DNA of 64,000 nt from Candidatus Dojkabacteria bacterium (GTDB taxonomy: Bacteria > Patescibacteriota > Dojkabacteria > SC72 > JAFGCJ01), in contig JAFGCJ010000004.1 in the NCBI GenBank assembly GCA_016932785.1, positions 5,447-69,446 of the forward strand. Reading direction: 5' to 3'. Position 1 is the first letter of the stretch. Every line of letters begins with the position of its first letter. The translations under genes and the position numbers were made by a program. A model generated the notes under the pieces. It had not been told where the DNA came from, ran no database searches, and worked only from the letters and a program-made list of their open reading frames with translations. Of the stretch, positions 34,607 to 45,200 are shown one piece after another.

Positions 34607-37216
34607 TTGTGTATCCTTACCCCTGTGCGCAAAGAAGTTATAGGAGGTAGTTGGAAAAATTTTTTCGTTCAGAACCCCCATGTAATAGAAATGGCGGGGG
34701 ACCTCTTGCGGTCAATTGATTCCTGTCAGAAAGAAAAATCTGTTCCATGGATATTCACTGAAATTAACTCTCCCGTGAGAGAGATATTGGAGATAGTGTC
34801 TAAGCTTTCAAGCAAAAGGATTGTAGTGTTTCAACTTAGGAACGGGGTAGACCTTTCGGAGGTGGCAGAATTAGATTTTCATTCTCTCGAATTTCGGAAT
34901 GAGTTTCTACTGGAGAAGGATGTTGGTTTCGGTGATTTTGTTAGTGTTTTGGAGGACTTTGGCTTTAGGCGAGAGAATAAGGTGTGGGGGCAGCATGAGT
35001 TTAGTGTTGTAGGTGACGTGGTGACTTTTTGGCCTATTGGTCATGACAGGCCAATAAGGGTTGAGAGTGATGACCAAAAGGTTACGAACATATCAGTGAT
35101 AGATCCAGGAACAAGGAGAACCATCTCAAAAATAAACAGTCTTCATGTATTAGGTAGCAAAAAGGATGTCAGTGGTGAAGATGACATTATGGATGATTAT
35201 TTTGAAGTGATTGATATTGGAAGTAGATTTACTGATACCTTCGAGATTCCCGTTATAGTTAGTGATATTTCACCTCTCAAGGATGAGTTGGATTTTAGAT
35301 TTAATCTATTGAATCTCGATTTTCGGAATACTGAGTGGGGCGAAGAGAAAATAAGAAATGCATTAAGGAGCGGGTGGGATGTTCTTTTCGTAATAAATCA
35401 TAATAATGATCGTGCGCTACAGATTAAGGAGGGTTTTCCGGAAATCAAGATTTTCGAAGAGGATCTGGCATCAGGATTTGAATCTGAGCAGGCAGGGGTG
35501 ATAGTTCTAACTGATCAGGAACTCTGGGGGACAGTCAAGCTTGGAAGAGGAGCAAAACCAAAGGATAAGTTTACAGGTCTTGTTGCCGGAGAAATTAGTC
35601 CTGGTGAATATGTGGTCCATGAGGATCATGGGGTCGCGCTTTATACCGGAATTAATGTTCAAGGTGATGAAAAGTATCTTGAACTTAAATATGCTAAAGA
35701 GGATAGACTTCTTGTTCCATTCAATGTGGCAGGCAAGATTACTAAGTATGTTGGCGTTGGTGGTTTTGTGCCAAAACTTACGAGGTTGGGGGGAGGAGAA
35801 TGGAAGAGAATTCGGACACGGGTGAAGAAGTCTGTCCGAAAACTGGCGATGCAGTTATTGAGACTATATGCACTGCGTGAGATGGCTAAATCTGAAGCAC
35901 TTAAGACTGATATTAGTGATCTGAAATCCTTCGAGTCTGACTTTCCTTTTGTTGAAACAGAGGATCAAATTCAGGCAATTGAGGAAGTTAAGAGTGATCT
36001 TGGGAAAGGGAAGCCTATGGACCGGTTACTTGTTGGTGATGTGGGTTTCGGTAAAACCGAGGTTGCTATGCGTGCAGCTTTTATCTCAGTATCAAACGGA
36101 AAACAGGTTGCAGTTCTTGCGCCAACGACTGTTCTTGTAGAACAGCACTACAATGTTTTCAAGAGTAGAATGGAGAAATATGGAATAAATGTAGCTGCAC
36201 TTTCTCGTTTTCTTGGGGAAGATGAGGCTCAGGATGTGGTTGATCGAGTTGCCCAAGGGAAGGTGGATATTGTCGTTGGGACACACAGGTTACTCTCAAA
36301 GGACGTTAGTTTTAAGGATCTGGGTCTTTTGGTTATTGATGAGGAACAAAAATTTGGTGTTTCTCAGAAGGAGAAGCTAAAGGGAGTCCGTGTAGACACG
36401 CATGTTTTGTCAATGTCGGCTACACCAATACCTCGCACGCTGAACATGGCGTTATCGGGCGTTAGAGATATATCGGTGATAGCCACTCCTCCCATTGGCA
36501 GGAAGCCAGTAAAGAATGTTGTTGGAAAGTTCAATTGGAATGATGTAAAGGAAGCCATTTTGGAAGAGGTTAAACGTGGAGGTCAAGTTTATTATGTTCA
36601 TAACAGGGTGAGATCAATTGAAAACATCAAAGCCAAGTTGCAGGAATTGCTGCCGAAAGTCCGCTTTGTTGTTGGGCATGGTCAGATGGGTTCAGATCAA
36701 TTGTCAAAAGTTATGAGAGATTTTAATGAAAGGAAATATGACGTCCTAATCTGTAGTACCATAATTGAAAATGGACTGGACATGCCAAACGTGAATACCC
36801 TGGTTGTTGATAGAGCCGAAATGTTCGGCTTGGCGCAGCTGTATCAGTTAAGAGGTAGGGTAGGTCGTGGCTTAACACAGGCACATGCCTATTTCTTTTA
36901 TCATGGTGTTGATGAAGAAAGATTAGTAAGAAGAGAGTTTTCTGAATCTGGTACTATTTCCGATGAGGAAGGGCTAGGTGATAAAGTGGTCTTGTGGAAA
37001 GCAGCGAGACAGAGGCTTAATGCTATTAGGCAGCTAGAGGAGTTAGGCTCCGGGTTTGGTCTAGCCCAGAAGGACCTGGAAATCCGTGGGGCGGGAAATT
37101 TCCTTGGTAGGGAGCAGCACGGAAATGTCAGTTCTATTGGATTTACCTTGTACTGCCGTTTACTGGGAGAGTTGGTTGAAGAGATGAAAAACAATGAGGG
37201 CTCGATTCCAAAGTAG
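34607..37216 (+). CDS. mfd: transcription-repair coupling factor, with a short N-terminal region
   Basis: RNAP-interaction domain (GEYVVHEDHGVALYTGI), helicase motifs (GDVGFGKTEVA, DEEQKFG, SATPIPRT) and the TRG region. The start is uncertain: TTG at 34607 or ATG at 34691. Confidence 0.9.
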   Translation: MCILTPVRKEVIGGSWKNFFVQNPHVIEMAGDLLRSIDSCQKEKSVPWIFTEINSPVREILEIVSKLSSKRIVVFQLRNGVDLSEVAELDFHSLEFRNEFLLEKDVGFGDFVSVLEDFGFRRENKVWGQHEFSVVGDVVTFWPIGHDRPIRVESDDQKVTNISVIDPGTRRTISKINSLHVLGSKKDVSGEDDIMDDYFEVIDIGSRFTDTFEIPVIVSDISPLKDELDFRFNLLNLDFRNTEWGEEKIRNALRSGWDVLFVINHNNDRALQIKEGFPEIKIFEEDLASGFESEQAGVIVLTDQELWGTVKLGRGAKPKDKFTGLVAGEISPGEYVVHEDHGVALYTGINVQGDEKYLELKYAKEDRLLVPFNVAGKITKYVGVGGFVPKLTRLGGGEWKRIRTRVKKSVRKLAMQLLRLYALREMAKSEALKTDISDLKSFESDFPFVETEDQIQAIEEVKSDLGKGKPMDRLLVGDVGFGKTEVAMRAAFISVSNGKQVAVLAPTTVLVEQHYNVFKSRMEKYGINVAALSRFLGEDEAQDVVDRVAQGKVDIVVGTHRLLSKDVSFKDLGLLVIDEEQKFGVSQKEKLKGVRVDTHVLSMSATPIPRTLNMALSGVRDISVIATPPIGRKPVKNVVGKFNWNDVKEAILEEVKRGGQVYYVHNRVRSIENIKAKLQELLPKVRFVVGHGQMGSDQLSKVMRDFNERKYDVLICSTIIENGLDMPNVNTLVVDRAEMFGLAQLYQLRGRVGRGLTQAHAYFFYHGVDEERLVRREFSESGTISDEEGLGDKVVLWKAARQRLNAIRQLEELGSGFGLAQKDLEIRGAGNFLGREQHGNVSSIGFTLYCRLLGELVEEMKNNEGSIPK

Positions 37217-37440
37217 CAATTACCTGTCAAATTCCCAGCGCACCCGTATGTGGAGATTTGCCTCGGTTTCATGAAAAATGCCTCTTTTGGGTAACTTTTT
37301 TGATCCAAATTTGCGATGTCTGGTGTTTCTCAGGTAGGTAATTCTCATAATTATGAAACTCTTCTTTAAATAGATTCGGACACGGGGCAAATAATCCTTT
37401 TAATGAAAAGGTAATCTTTAATACCTTGTAAAAGATTACC

Positions 37441-39078
37441 ATGAGTTTTACATTGGATAGCATGTCGAAGGTACTCTATAGAAAATATAGATCTCAGAGA
37501 TTTGGCGAACTTATTGGTCAGGAGCATATTGCTTCTATTTTGAAGAATGCAGTAGCTCAAAATCAGATTTCTCATGCATATTTATTCTATGGCCCTCGCG
37601 GTTTAGGGAAGACGAGCACGGCAAGGATCTTGGCTAAAGCTGTTGACTGCCTCCAGCTTCAGCCGGATGGTGAACCTTGCTGTAAATGTGAAAACTGCGT
37701 CGCTATCCAGGAGGGCCGTTTTCTTGATCTAATAGAGATTGATGCCGCTTCAAACAGGGGTATTGATCAGATAAGAGAACTTAAAGAGAGGATTGAGTTT
37801 TCGCCTACAGAGGGCAAGTACAAGGTCTATATTATAGATGAGGTACATATGCTTACAACCGAAGCCTTTAATGCGCTTCTAAAGACCCTGGAGGAGCCTC
37901 CAGCCCATGCTATACTGATTCTTGCAACGACTGAGATACATAAAGTTCCTGCGACTATTCTTTCCCGGTGCCAGAGATTTGATTTTCGCCTTGGAACTGA
38001 TGATGAGATTGCGGCTTTGTTGGACAAGGTATCTAAGGAGGAAAAGGTTAAAATTGAGGAGGATGCGAGGGATCTTATCGTTACAAACGCGCGTGGGAGC
38101 TACAGAGATGCTCTTTCGCTTCTTGACGTAATAGTTAGTGGTCAGAAGAAGAGTAAGAATCCTCGGAATATTACTGAAGAAGAGGTTAGAGCGGTGCTTG
38201 GACTCGCTGATAGTACTATGGCCTACTTCTTTTTAGAGAAAATCGTGTCTGGAGAGGGAGGAGAAGCTCTGGATCTTATTCAAGAGCTTGCCCAGAAAGG
38301 TGTAAATCTAGGGCAATTTGTTAAGTTTGTGCTTTCAGTACTTCGAGAAATTTTAATTGATGGTCTGAAGGGCGAAATTGAGGGTAGTGAGTATTCCTTT
38401 GCGAAAAATCTTGATCGGGAGAAAACTTTGAAATTGATAAATCTTTTTGTAGAGGCCGAGAGATCTCTTAAGGATGCTGTTGTGCCGACTCTTCCTCTCG
38501 AGGTTCTTGTTGCTGATTCGATTGCATATTTCGGAGAAAACAGTGAGGGAGTCGACATGGGTACGGATAGTAGGTCTGGAGGACAGGGATCCTCGAACAG
38601 TGGAAATTCCAAAGCTTCTAAATCGATAGGTGCTGTTAGTTCGAAAAAGAAGTCATCGAAATCTAGCACTAAGGATGCAAAGAAATCAAAGGTTCCGACA
38701 GCCAGTCAGGTAAAGGCAAAATGGGGGCAGGTTATTAAGGAGATAAGAGTTTATAACAGTCATCTCCATGCTTTCTTGTCTAGAGCTGAAATTACTGGTG
38801 TCGAAGATGGGAAACTCAAACTTGCCGTCGCTTTCGATTTTCATAAGGATAGGATAGAGTGTGCCAAAAGCAAAGATGCTATTGCGGAGGTTTTCCTGAA
38901 GTTATTTGGTGTTGCAATTGGTGTCGAGTGTGAGGTTGATGACTCGATAAGGTCAAACGTTGCCCCTGCTGATGTTGTAATTGTAAGTGAGGCCAAAAGC
39001 TCTGTAAGTAGTGGGGGAGCATCGAATATTTATGATAGTGTTGCTGAAGTTTTTGGCGAAGATATTGAAGATATATAG
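37441..39078 (+). CDS. dnaX: DNA polymerase III subunit gamma/tau
   Basis: GPRGLGKTSTARILAK, zinc module CxxCxxC, IIDEVHMLT, SRCQRFDF. Confidence 0.95.
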   Translation: MSFTLDSMSKVLYRKYRSQRFGELIGQEHIASILKNAVAQNQISHAYLFYGPRGLGKTSTARILAKAVDCLQLQPDGEPCCKCENCVAIQEGRFLDLIEIDAASNRGIDQIRELKERIEFSPTEGKYKVYIIDEVHMLTTEAFNALLKTLEEPPAHAILILATTEIHKVPATILSRCQRFDFRLGTDDEIAALLDKVSKEEKVKIEEDARDLIVTNARGSYRDALSLLDVIVSGQKKSKNPRNITEEEVRAVLGLADSTMAYFFLEKIVSGEGGEALDLIQELAQKGVNLGQFVKFVLSVLREILIDGLKGEIEGSEYSFAKNLDREKTLKLINLFVEAERSLKDAVVPTLPLEVLVADSIAYFGENSEGVDMGTDSRSGGQGSSNSGNSKASKSIGAVSSKKKSSKSSTKDAKKSKVPTASQVKAKWGQVIKEIRVYNSHLHAFLSRAEITGVEDGKLKLAVAFDFHKDRIECAKSKDAIAEVFLKLFGVAIGVECEVDDSIRSNVAPADVVIVSEAKSSVSSGGASNIYDSVAEVFGEDIEDI

Positions 39079-39152
39079 CTATTACATATCCCTTTTTCCT
39101 TTTTGATTATGGTATCATTATCCTGAAAGTTTAAATTTTCTATAGAAAAATA

Positions 39153-39458
39153 ATGGCAAATGCTTTTACTCAGATGAAGGATCTCTACAAGATGCAGCGA
39201 GAGGCCAAAAAGATGCAAAATGAAATGCGCAAAATAAAAGTATCCGGTGAATCAAAGCGTGGAAGTGTTCGTATGTATTTCAATGGAGCACAGGAAATTG
39301 AGAATATAACAATCGATGAGGAGCTCTTGGATCCAGAAAGACAGGATGAGTTGGTGGAGGCTGTAAAGCAGGCATATAAGGACTATCAGAAAAAATTGCA
39401 GAAGCAGATGATGAAAAACTTTGATATGAACCAACTGCGTGGTATGCTTGGGAGCTAG
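39153..39458 (+). CDS. ybaB: nucleoid-associated protein YbaB/EbfC
   Basis: 101 aa; sits in the dnaX-ybaB-recR position. Confidence 0.9.
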   Translation: MANAFTQMKDLYKMQREAKKMQNEMRKIKVSGESKRGSVRMYFNGAQEIENITIDEELLDPERQDELVEAVKQAYKDYQKKLQKQMMKNFDMNQLRGMLGS

Positions 39459-39485
39459 TCCTGCGTTAATTGAGTTTTATTCGTG

Positions 39486-40136
39486 ATGTCAGTTCTTCCG
39501 AAAAGTGTTGAGAAAGTAATAGAGGCTTTCGGCCGTCTTCCTGGTGTAGGGCCGAAATCTGCTTCGAGAATGGCCTATTTTTTTCTTAGAGCTCCTAAAG
39601 AAAGAGCGGAGGAGCTTGCTGAGGCCTTGGTTAAGATGAAAGAGTCAACGGTTAGGTGTTCTCTTTGTCAGAACGTAGCAGACTCTGATCCCTGTGGTAT
39701 TTGTGCTGACTCTTCTAGAAATGGACTGCAGATTTGTGTTGTAGAAGAACCTTTAGACGTAGTAGCTATAGAGAGTGCCGGGATATTTAGAGGTTTGTAT
39801 TTTGTTCTTGGTGGTGTGATATCTCCGGCTGATGGAATTGGGCCAGAAGAACTCAGGATGAGAGAGTTTAGAAATCGGTTGAAAGATATCATATCAGGTG
39901 CTTCGGAGACGAGGAATATAGAAGAAACACTAGAGGTTGTGGTGGCCACAAATCCTAGTTTAGAAGGAGAAGCGACGGCTGCTTATGTTTTTGATTTAGT
40001 AAAGACATTGCGAAAGGGTTTGGATTTCGAAATTACCGTGAGCAGGCTAGCTCGTGGACTACCAACAGGTGCTGACCTTGAATATGCTGATAGAACTACG
40101 TTGAAAAAGGCATTGGAAGGCCGGACAAAGATGTAG
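39486..40136 (+). CDS. recR: recombination protein RecR
   Basis: LPGVGPKSASRMA HhH motif, C4 zinc finger (CSLCQN...CGIC), Toprim domain. Confidence 0.95.
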   Translation: MSVLPKSVEKVIEAFGRLPGVGPKSASRMAYFFLRAPKERAEELAEALVKMKESTVRCSLCQNVADSDPCGICADSSRNGLQICVVEEPLDVVAIESAGIFRGLYFVLGGVISPADGIGPEELRMREFRNRLKDIISGASETRNIEETLEVVVATNPSLEGEATAAYVFDLVKTLRKGLDFEITVSRLARGLPTGADLEYADRTTLKKALEGRTKM

Positions 40137-40227
40137 CCTTTGTTGCCATTGATGGTCTTAGGTTTGAGAAATTTTCCCCGCTTTGGTATTTTGTAGATAG
40201 TCGTTCAATTGTTAATCTTCATTCCGG

Positions 40228-42204
40228 ATGAATGGTAGCAGTAGTATTGAAAAAGTGTTTTGTCCTTATTGTGGATGCGGGTGCAGACTGATTCTTGAGT
40301 CGTCTAATGACGGTCTCGTAGTTAAGCCGGATGGTCAGGATCCTGTTAGTCAAGGTAGACCTTGCGTTAAGGGTTTAAAGATCAACGAGGTACTTGAAAG
40401 CGGCAGAGTAAAAACTCCAATGATAAAGGACCAAAAGAGTGGCAAATTGAGAGAGTGTACCTGGGAAGAGGCTTTTGCTGCTATCAAAGGGAAAATAGAC
40501 GGGATGCAGAAAGCGTATGGATTTGAAAAGCTTCGAGACAAGATTTTCTTTATCGGGTCAGGAGAAACTACGAATGAAGCGAATTATCTTATGTCTAAGC
40601 TGTGCCGAAGTTATTTTAGATCGAATAACATTGATAGTTGTGCAAGGCTCTGCCATGCGGCGACAGCTGTGGGCTTTGGTAGAATTTTCGGAATGAAGGC
40701 AATTCCTAAGTACAGAGTGGAGGATTTAAAAGCTGCTGATGGCTTTCTTTTTGTTGGCTCTGATCCTCTGGAGGATTATCCCGTCTTGTTTAACAGGGTT
40801 ATTGAGGCAAAGAAACATGGTGCCAAGGTTGTTACCGTAGATGTTGCAGAGAGTGGTACAACTTCGCAGTCAGATGTATTTTTGAAGCTGAATCCGGGCG
40901 GAATCTTACCTATGATTTCTCACCTTGTGGTGCGGCTGGTTGATGGAGGGGACATAAGCCGTAATGCTAAAGCAATTTCGGGCTTTACTGATTTTGTGAA
41001 ATCTGCAAGGGATGTTTCTCAGGCGAATCCGCTTTCTTCTTTCGGCTTTAGCCGGGATGATATGGATGTTTTGTATGACTCTGTGAATGAGGCTAAGAAA
41101 CTAGTTATTGGTTTTGGAATGGGACTTACTCAGCATATGAATGGTGTACAGAATGTTATTGCCATTACTGGACTCTCGGTTGTTATGAATGCAATTCTTT
41201 TTCCGAACAGGGGAAAGGTGAATGTTCAGGGAGCTGGGGATGTTGGGGCGGATCCGTCTTGGAGGCCAAGGAAGGATGTTGAGTTGAGCAGTAACGGATG
41301 GTCTGAAGGTTTTATTGGACATGAAGGAAAAACTATGACGGAGGCACTTTATGATAGGGAAATTGATTTCGTTTGGGTAATGGATGGTAACCCTTCTCAT
41401 TCGATGCCCGACCTGAACAGTCTGGATAGGTCTCTTGAGGATAAGTTTGTTATATATCAGCATCATCACGTAGGAAGAACAATGGAATTTGCTGATGTTG
41501 TATTGCCAAGTAAAATGATAACCGAGGAGCTGGGGTCATTTACAAATGGGGAGAGAAGGGTGAGAGGTAATTTTCCACTAGGTGACAATAGAAAAAAAAC
41601 TATAGGAGGCGAAGATGGGGCATTGGCGAATGCTGAGATACTAATGAAATTTTCATCTTTTCTTGAGATCGAAGGCTTTGATTTTGATTCGTATAGGTCG
41701 GTTTTCGAGGAGATCATCAAGGTGGTTCCTGGTTATGATGGCCTTGATTTTGAAGAAGTATTATCTAATGAAGGACAATTTGCTAATAAGAACCCTATCT
41801 TTTTGAGGCTTAGAAAATATAAGTATGATGTGAGTCATTTCTCTGGAGAAGGTGATTTTCCTTATGTTTTCACTACAGCAAGAGACAGATTCCAGTTTTG
41901 TTCTGGAGAAACTTCAAGAAGCAGTATATCTCTTCGGAATCTATCTAAGGAGCCTTTTGTTTATATGAATCCGGATGATGCACATAACGTAGGGATTAGC
42001 GACGGGTCATTGATAAAGATTATCTCAAGGGCGGGTTCAATCACAGCTGAGGTCAAAGTTAATGCGTCAATTTCAAAAAGGGTTTTGGTTGCACCTTTTC
42101 ACTATGAAAAACTGCTTGTAAACAAATTGACCCCCTTGGACTTGGATCCGGAGTCTATGACCCCTTGTTATAAGGAGGTTCATGTCAGGGTTGAGAAGGG
42201 GTAG
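40228..42204 (+). CDS. molybdopterin oxidoreductase, formate dehydrogenase alpha-like (Cys type)
   Basis: N-terminal 4Fe-4S motif CPYCGCGCRL...GRPCVKG. SCARLCHAAT has a TGC Cys codon at 40651-40653 followed by His, which is the FDH-type Cys/Sec-His pair. Confidence 0.8.
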   Translation: MNGSSSIEKVFCPYCGCGCRLILESSNDGLVVKPDGQDPVSQGRPCVKGLKINEVLESGRVKTPMIKDQKSGKLRECTWEEAFAAIKGKIDGMQKAYGFEKLRDKIFFIGSGETTNEANYLMSKLCRSYFRSNNIDSCARLCHAATAVGFGRIFGMKAIPKYRVEDLKAADGFLFVGSDPLEDYPVLFNRVIEAKKHGAKVVTVDVAESGTTSQSDVFLKLNPGGILPMISHLVVRLVDGGDISRNAKAISGFTDFVKSARDVSQANPLSSFGFSRDDMDVLYDSVNEAKKLVIGFGMGLTQHMNGVQNVIAITGLSVVMNAILFPNRGKVNVQGAGDVGADPSWRPRKDVELSSNGWSEGFIGHEGKTMTEALYDREIDFVWVMDGNPSHSMPDLNSLDRSLEDKFVIYQHHHVGRTMEFADVVLPSKMITEELGSFTNGERRVRGNFPLGDNRKKTIGGEDGALANAEILMKFSSFLEIEGFDFDSYRSVFEEIIKVVPGYDGLDFEEVLSNEGQFANKNPIFLRLRKYKYDVSHFSGEGDFPYVFTTARDRFQFCSGETSRSSISLRNLSKEPFVYMNPDDAHNVGISDGSLIKIISRAGSITAEVKVNASISKRVLVAPFHYEKLLVNKLTPLDLDPESMTPCYKEVHVRVEKG

Positions 42205-42207
42205 CTT

Positions 42208-45200
42208 TTATGGAGTAAAATATCCTAGTCCTTCAGCAATTCTTACGAAGAACCCATCAGACGGATCCAGTGGAAAGTCTTGTCCATACTCCTGATGCTC
42301 AGAATCTTCGTACTGTAGGCCTGAATATTTTTGTGTCGAGTTGTTCCAGGCTGAAACATTGTTAAGCTTGAATTCTTCATCGTCATTTACTGCCGAGATG
42401 AAGCTGCTGGCCGTGTAGCTTTTATCTGAACCGTGAATACCGATCAGGTTCCATCCTTCAGTCATGTATATTCGGACAGGTTTTGTGTATTTACTTCCAC
42501 GTAGGGTCAGTTCAACAGGTTTTTGCATGGTAACGACGTAGCCTCTTGCCGGCTGTATGTCGAAGTCTTCGCCGTAGGTACTATTTTCACGCGTGGTATA
42601 GGATATCCATTTTCCGCTGAAGTAGGAGTCAACTGCGACAGCGTATCCTCCCTGTTCTTTAATTACACTTAGGAGATCACTGGCGCTAGAGATTTCTTCT
42701 GTGTATATAGGGAAAGAGAGAAAGTTTTTACCCTTAGTAAGTGTATAGCGGACAACTTCACTGACTTTGCTTATTTCTATGCCTTCTACATCGTCAAGGT
42801 ATTCTTCTCCTTCGTCTTTGGTCAGGTTACCATTTTGATCATAGTAGAACCTCACTTCGAAGTTGCTATCATCGAATTTAGAAACGTATGGAGAAAGAAT
42901 GTGGTATTCATCTGAGGTAACTTGGTACTCTCCAGTATCGTCGACTTTGATAGATGATGTGCCGAGGACACTGGCCTCTTCGTCTGCGGTTATTCCTGTG
43001 GATGCAGTAATGTCTTGATTAACAATATAGCTTACCTTTTCGCCATTTACCTTCAGCTCCGCGTTATCCCAATATGAGTCACTGTTTCTGTATGGGTATT
43101 GATTATTGCTTCTGATAAATACGGTTACCTTGTTTGAGTTTGTGTCGGCAGATATAGAGAGCTTTTTCCATTGGGCAGATTGTTCAGGATCAACGTTCGG
43201 TAGGAGTTCGAGGTTTGACCATTTGACTGAGGAGGAATGGGGATCAACTCCTCCGCTTGGATCTATTCCTACTGCTCCAAAAAAACTTTCTTTTATTACT
43301 GTATCTTTTCCGTCGGACCATCCATGTCCTGAGACAGAAAATTCTACTGAACGTTTGCCCGATCCTGAGATTTGTACAGTGGTGTAGACTCCAGCATTGT
43401 GAGTTCCATAGGTTGTAAATAGTTGAAGAGATCCGCCCGATATTACGCGGTTTCCGACCGTAGACTTTTTATATTCTGGCCTTCTGCAGGCATCTGACTC
43501 TGCGGGGTCGCATACGAAGTTTCCGCAGGACCCGTTGCAACTGTCATACCAAGCATGCCAACCAGAGGGAACGTTAAGTTCCGGTGCTCCGTCGGCCCTA
43601 AATTCTCCATCAAAGCTTCCATTGAAAGATGATTCCACTGTAGATCCAGAAGGGGATACGGGTACTGGTTGGTCTTTTGGGGCGTCTACGTTTCCAGATG
43701 GTTGGATGTTTTCGATTTCTACATCTGTGCTGCCTTCTTGGGGTATTTGATAAGATGTCATAGTGCAGTGATCGATAAGTTCTCTTCTTAGTTTTTGATC
43801 ATTCCAGAGGTCTTGGTGGTAGTTGAAATCTGGGTCTTTGTTTAGCCCTGATGCGTCAAAGATTAGGATTACCTCGACAAAATCTAGATCTTCTATTTCG
43901 TCTAGCTCATTTTTGAAATCATCCCAGGATTTTTCTGTATTTATTTTTCCAGTTTCTGTAAGGAAGATTTTGTCAGGAAGTTCGCCTTTATCCTTTAGGT
44001 AATTATGGAAGTTTTTTAGATCGTCAGATATGTCTTTATCTCCAATCATGTAGTGATTTACTGCCATGGCATAGAGATTTTTTGCTTCGCCAGAAAAGTC
44101 TGAATTGCCCAGCATTTTGTTTAAATATTCCTTTGCAGAGTACTTGGTTCCTGGAACGTCATCTGTATTTACGAGATCAAGGTTGGGCCCGATAAGCTTT
44201 ATGCCTGAGTCGTCAGCATTTCTTGAGAGGTAACCTTCCTCACGGATTGTCTTGATAACATCTGATATAAATTTGGCTTCTGTGTTTGGATCTTTGTATT
44301 CAGCGGCGTTGGGTTCATTATGACCAGCGTGGATAAATAGGCCGTTGGGTGGGAGAGTGCTGTTTTCGAGGAGTTTATCGTAGAGCTTAATGATATTATT
44401 TGCATAAGTTTTTCTGTTTGATGCGTTGTCAATTCGAAGTATTAGTGAAATGCCTGCGTCGTCGGCATTTCTAATTGTGTCGTAGTAGACAAGCTCTAAG
44501 GTGTGGGTTTGTGCATCGGGGGCAATAACCTCGGCCCAACGCATATTGGCATCTGAAATTGTCTTGAAGTCTTTGAATCCGATTGGTATCCAGGAGGCAG
44601 TATGTTCACCGAATTTTTTACACTTTTGAGATGAGACCCGGCCTGCTGCAATATTTACCGTTTTGTAGACCTCGGTTCTTTCAGCCATTGTAATAGTAAC
44701 TTCCTCCCCACCGGCGTTTTTACACTCAACGCCATTATTGAAAGCTTTTACGACATAGGTTTTTCCGAGACCTCGATCTCCAAGCAGGGCCGTGGAAACG
44801 TAACTTCCGTTTGGATAGTTGCTAAGTATCACTTCTCCGGTTTCTTTGTCGAATAAACTTAGGGTTACTGTTTCAGGTTTGTACAGGTAAGTGTGGTTGT
44901 AGTGCGCAACAAGTCCAAGCCTGAATTTGGATGGGTCAGGACAGTTGTTTGGGTTTATGCCCTCACTCCAGTGGACATTGGTATCGCATTGAACTCTTAC
45001 TCCGCCGAATACACCGTCCTCGTAGCAGGAGTTGGAGGTATCAGCCAGGATGTAGGAGGAAAGCTTTGAAGAGTTTTCTTCCGCGATTTGCTCTTCTGGC
45101 TGTAAGCTGATAGATGGTACCGGTTGATCAAGTTGACTCTGGGCAATATACTGCATGGACTCGTAGCCTTCTGCCTCAATGTAGATTTTTTCTATATAGA

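Noticed and set aside
37217-37440. SRP (4.5S/scRNA) gene upstream of dnaX, as in Bacillus synteny
   Set aside because: No helix-8 signature (GGAA/GNRA loop flanked by AGG..CAGG and GGAAGCAGC-like strands) was found on either strand.
40651-40653. Selenocysteine codon in the formate-dehydrogenase-like gene
   Set aside because: The active-site position is encoded by TGC (Cys), not TGA. No SECIS is needed.
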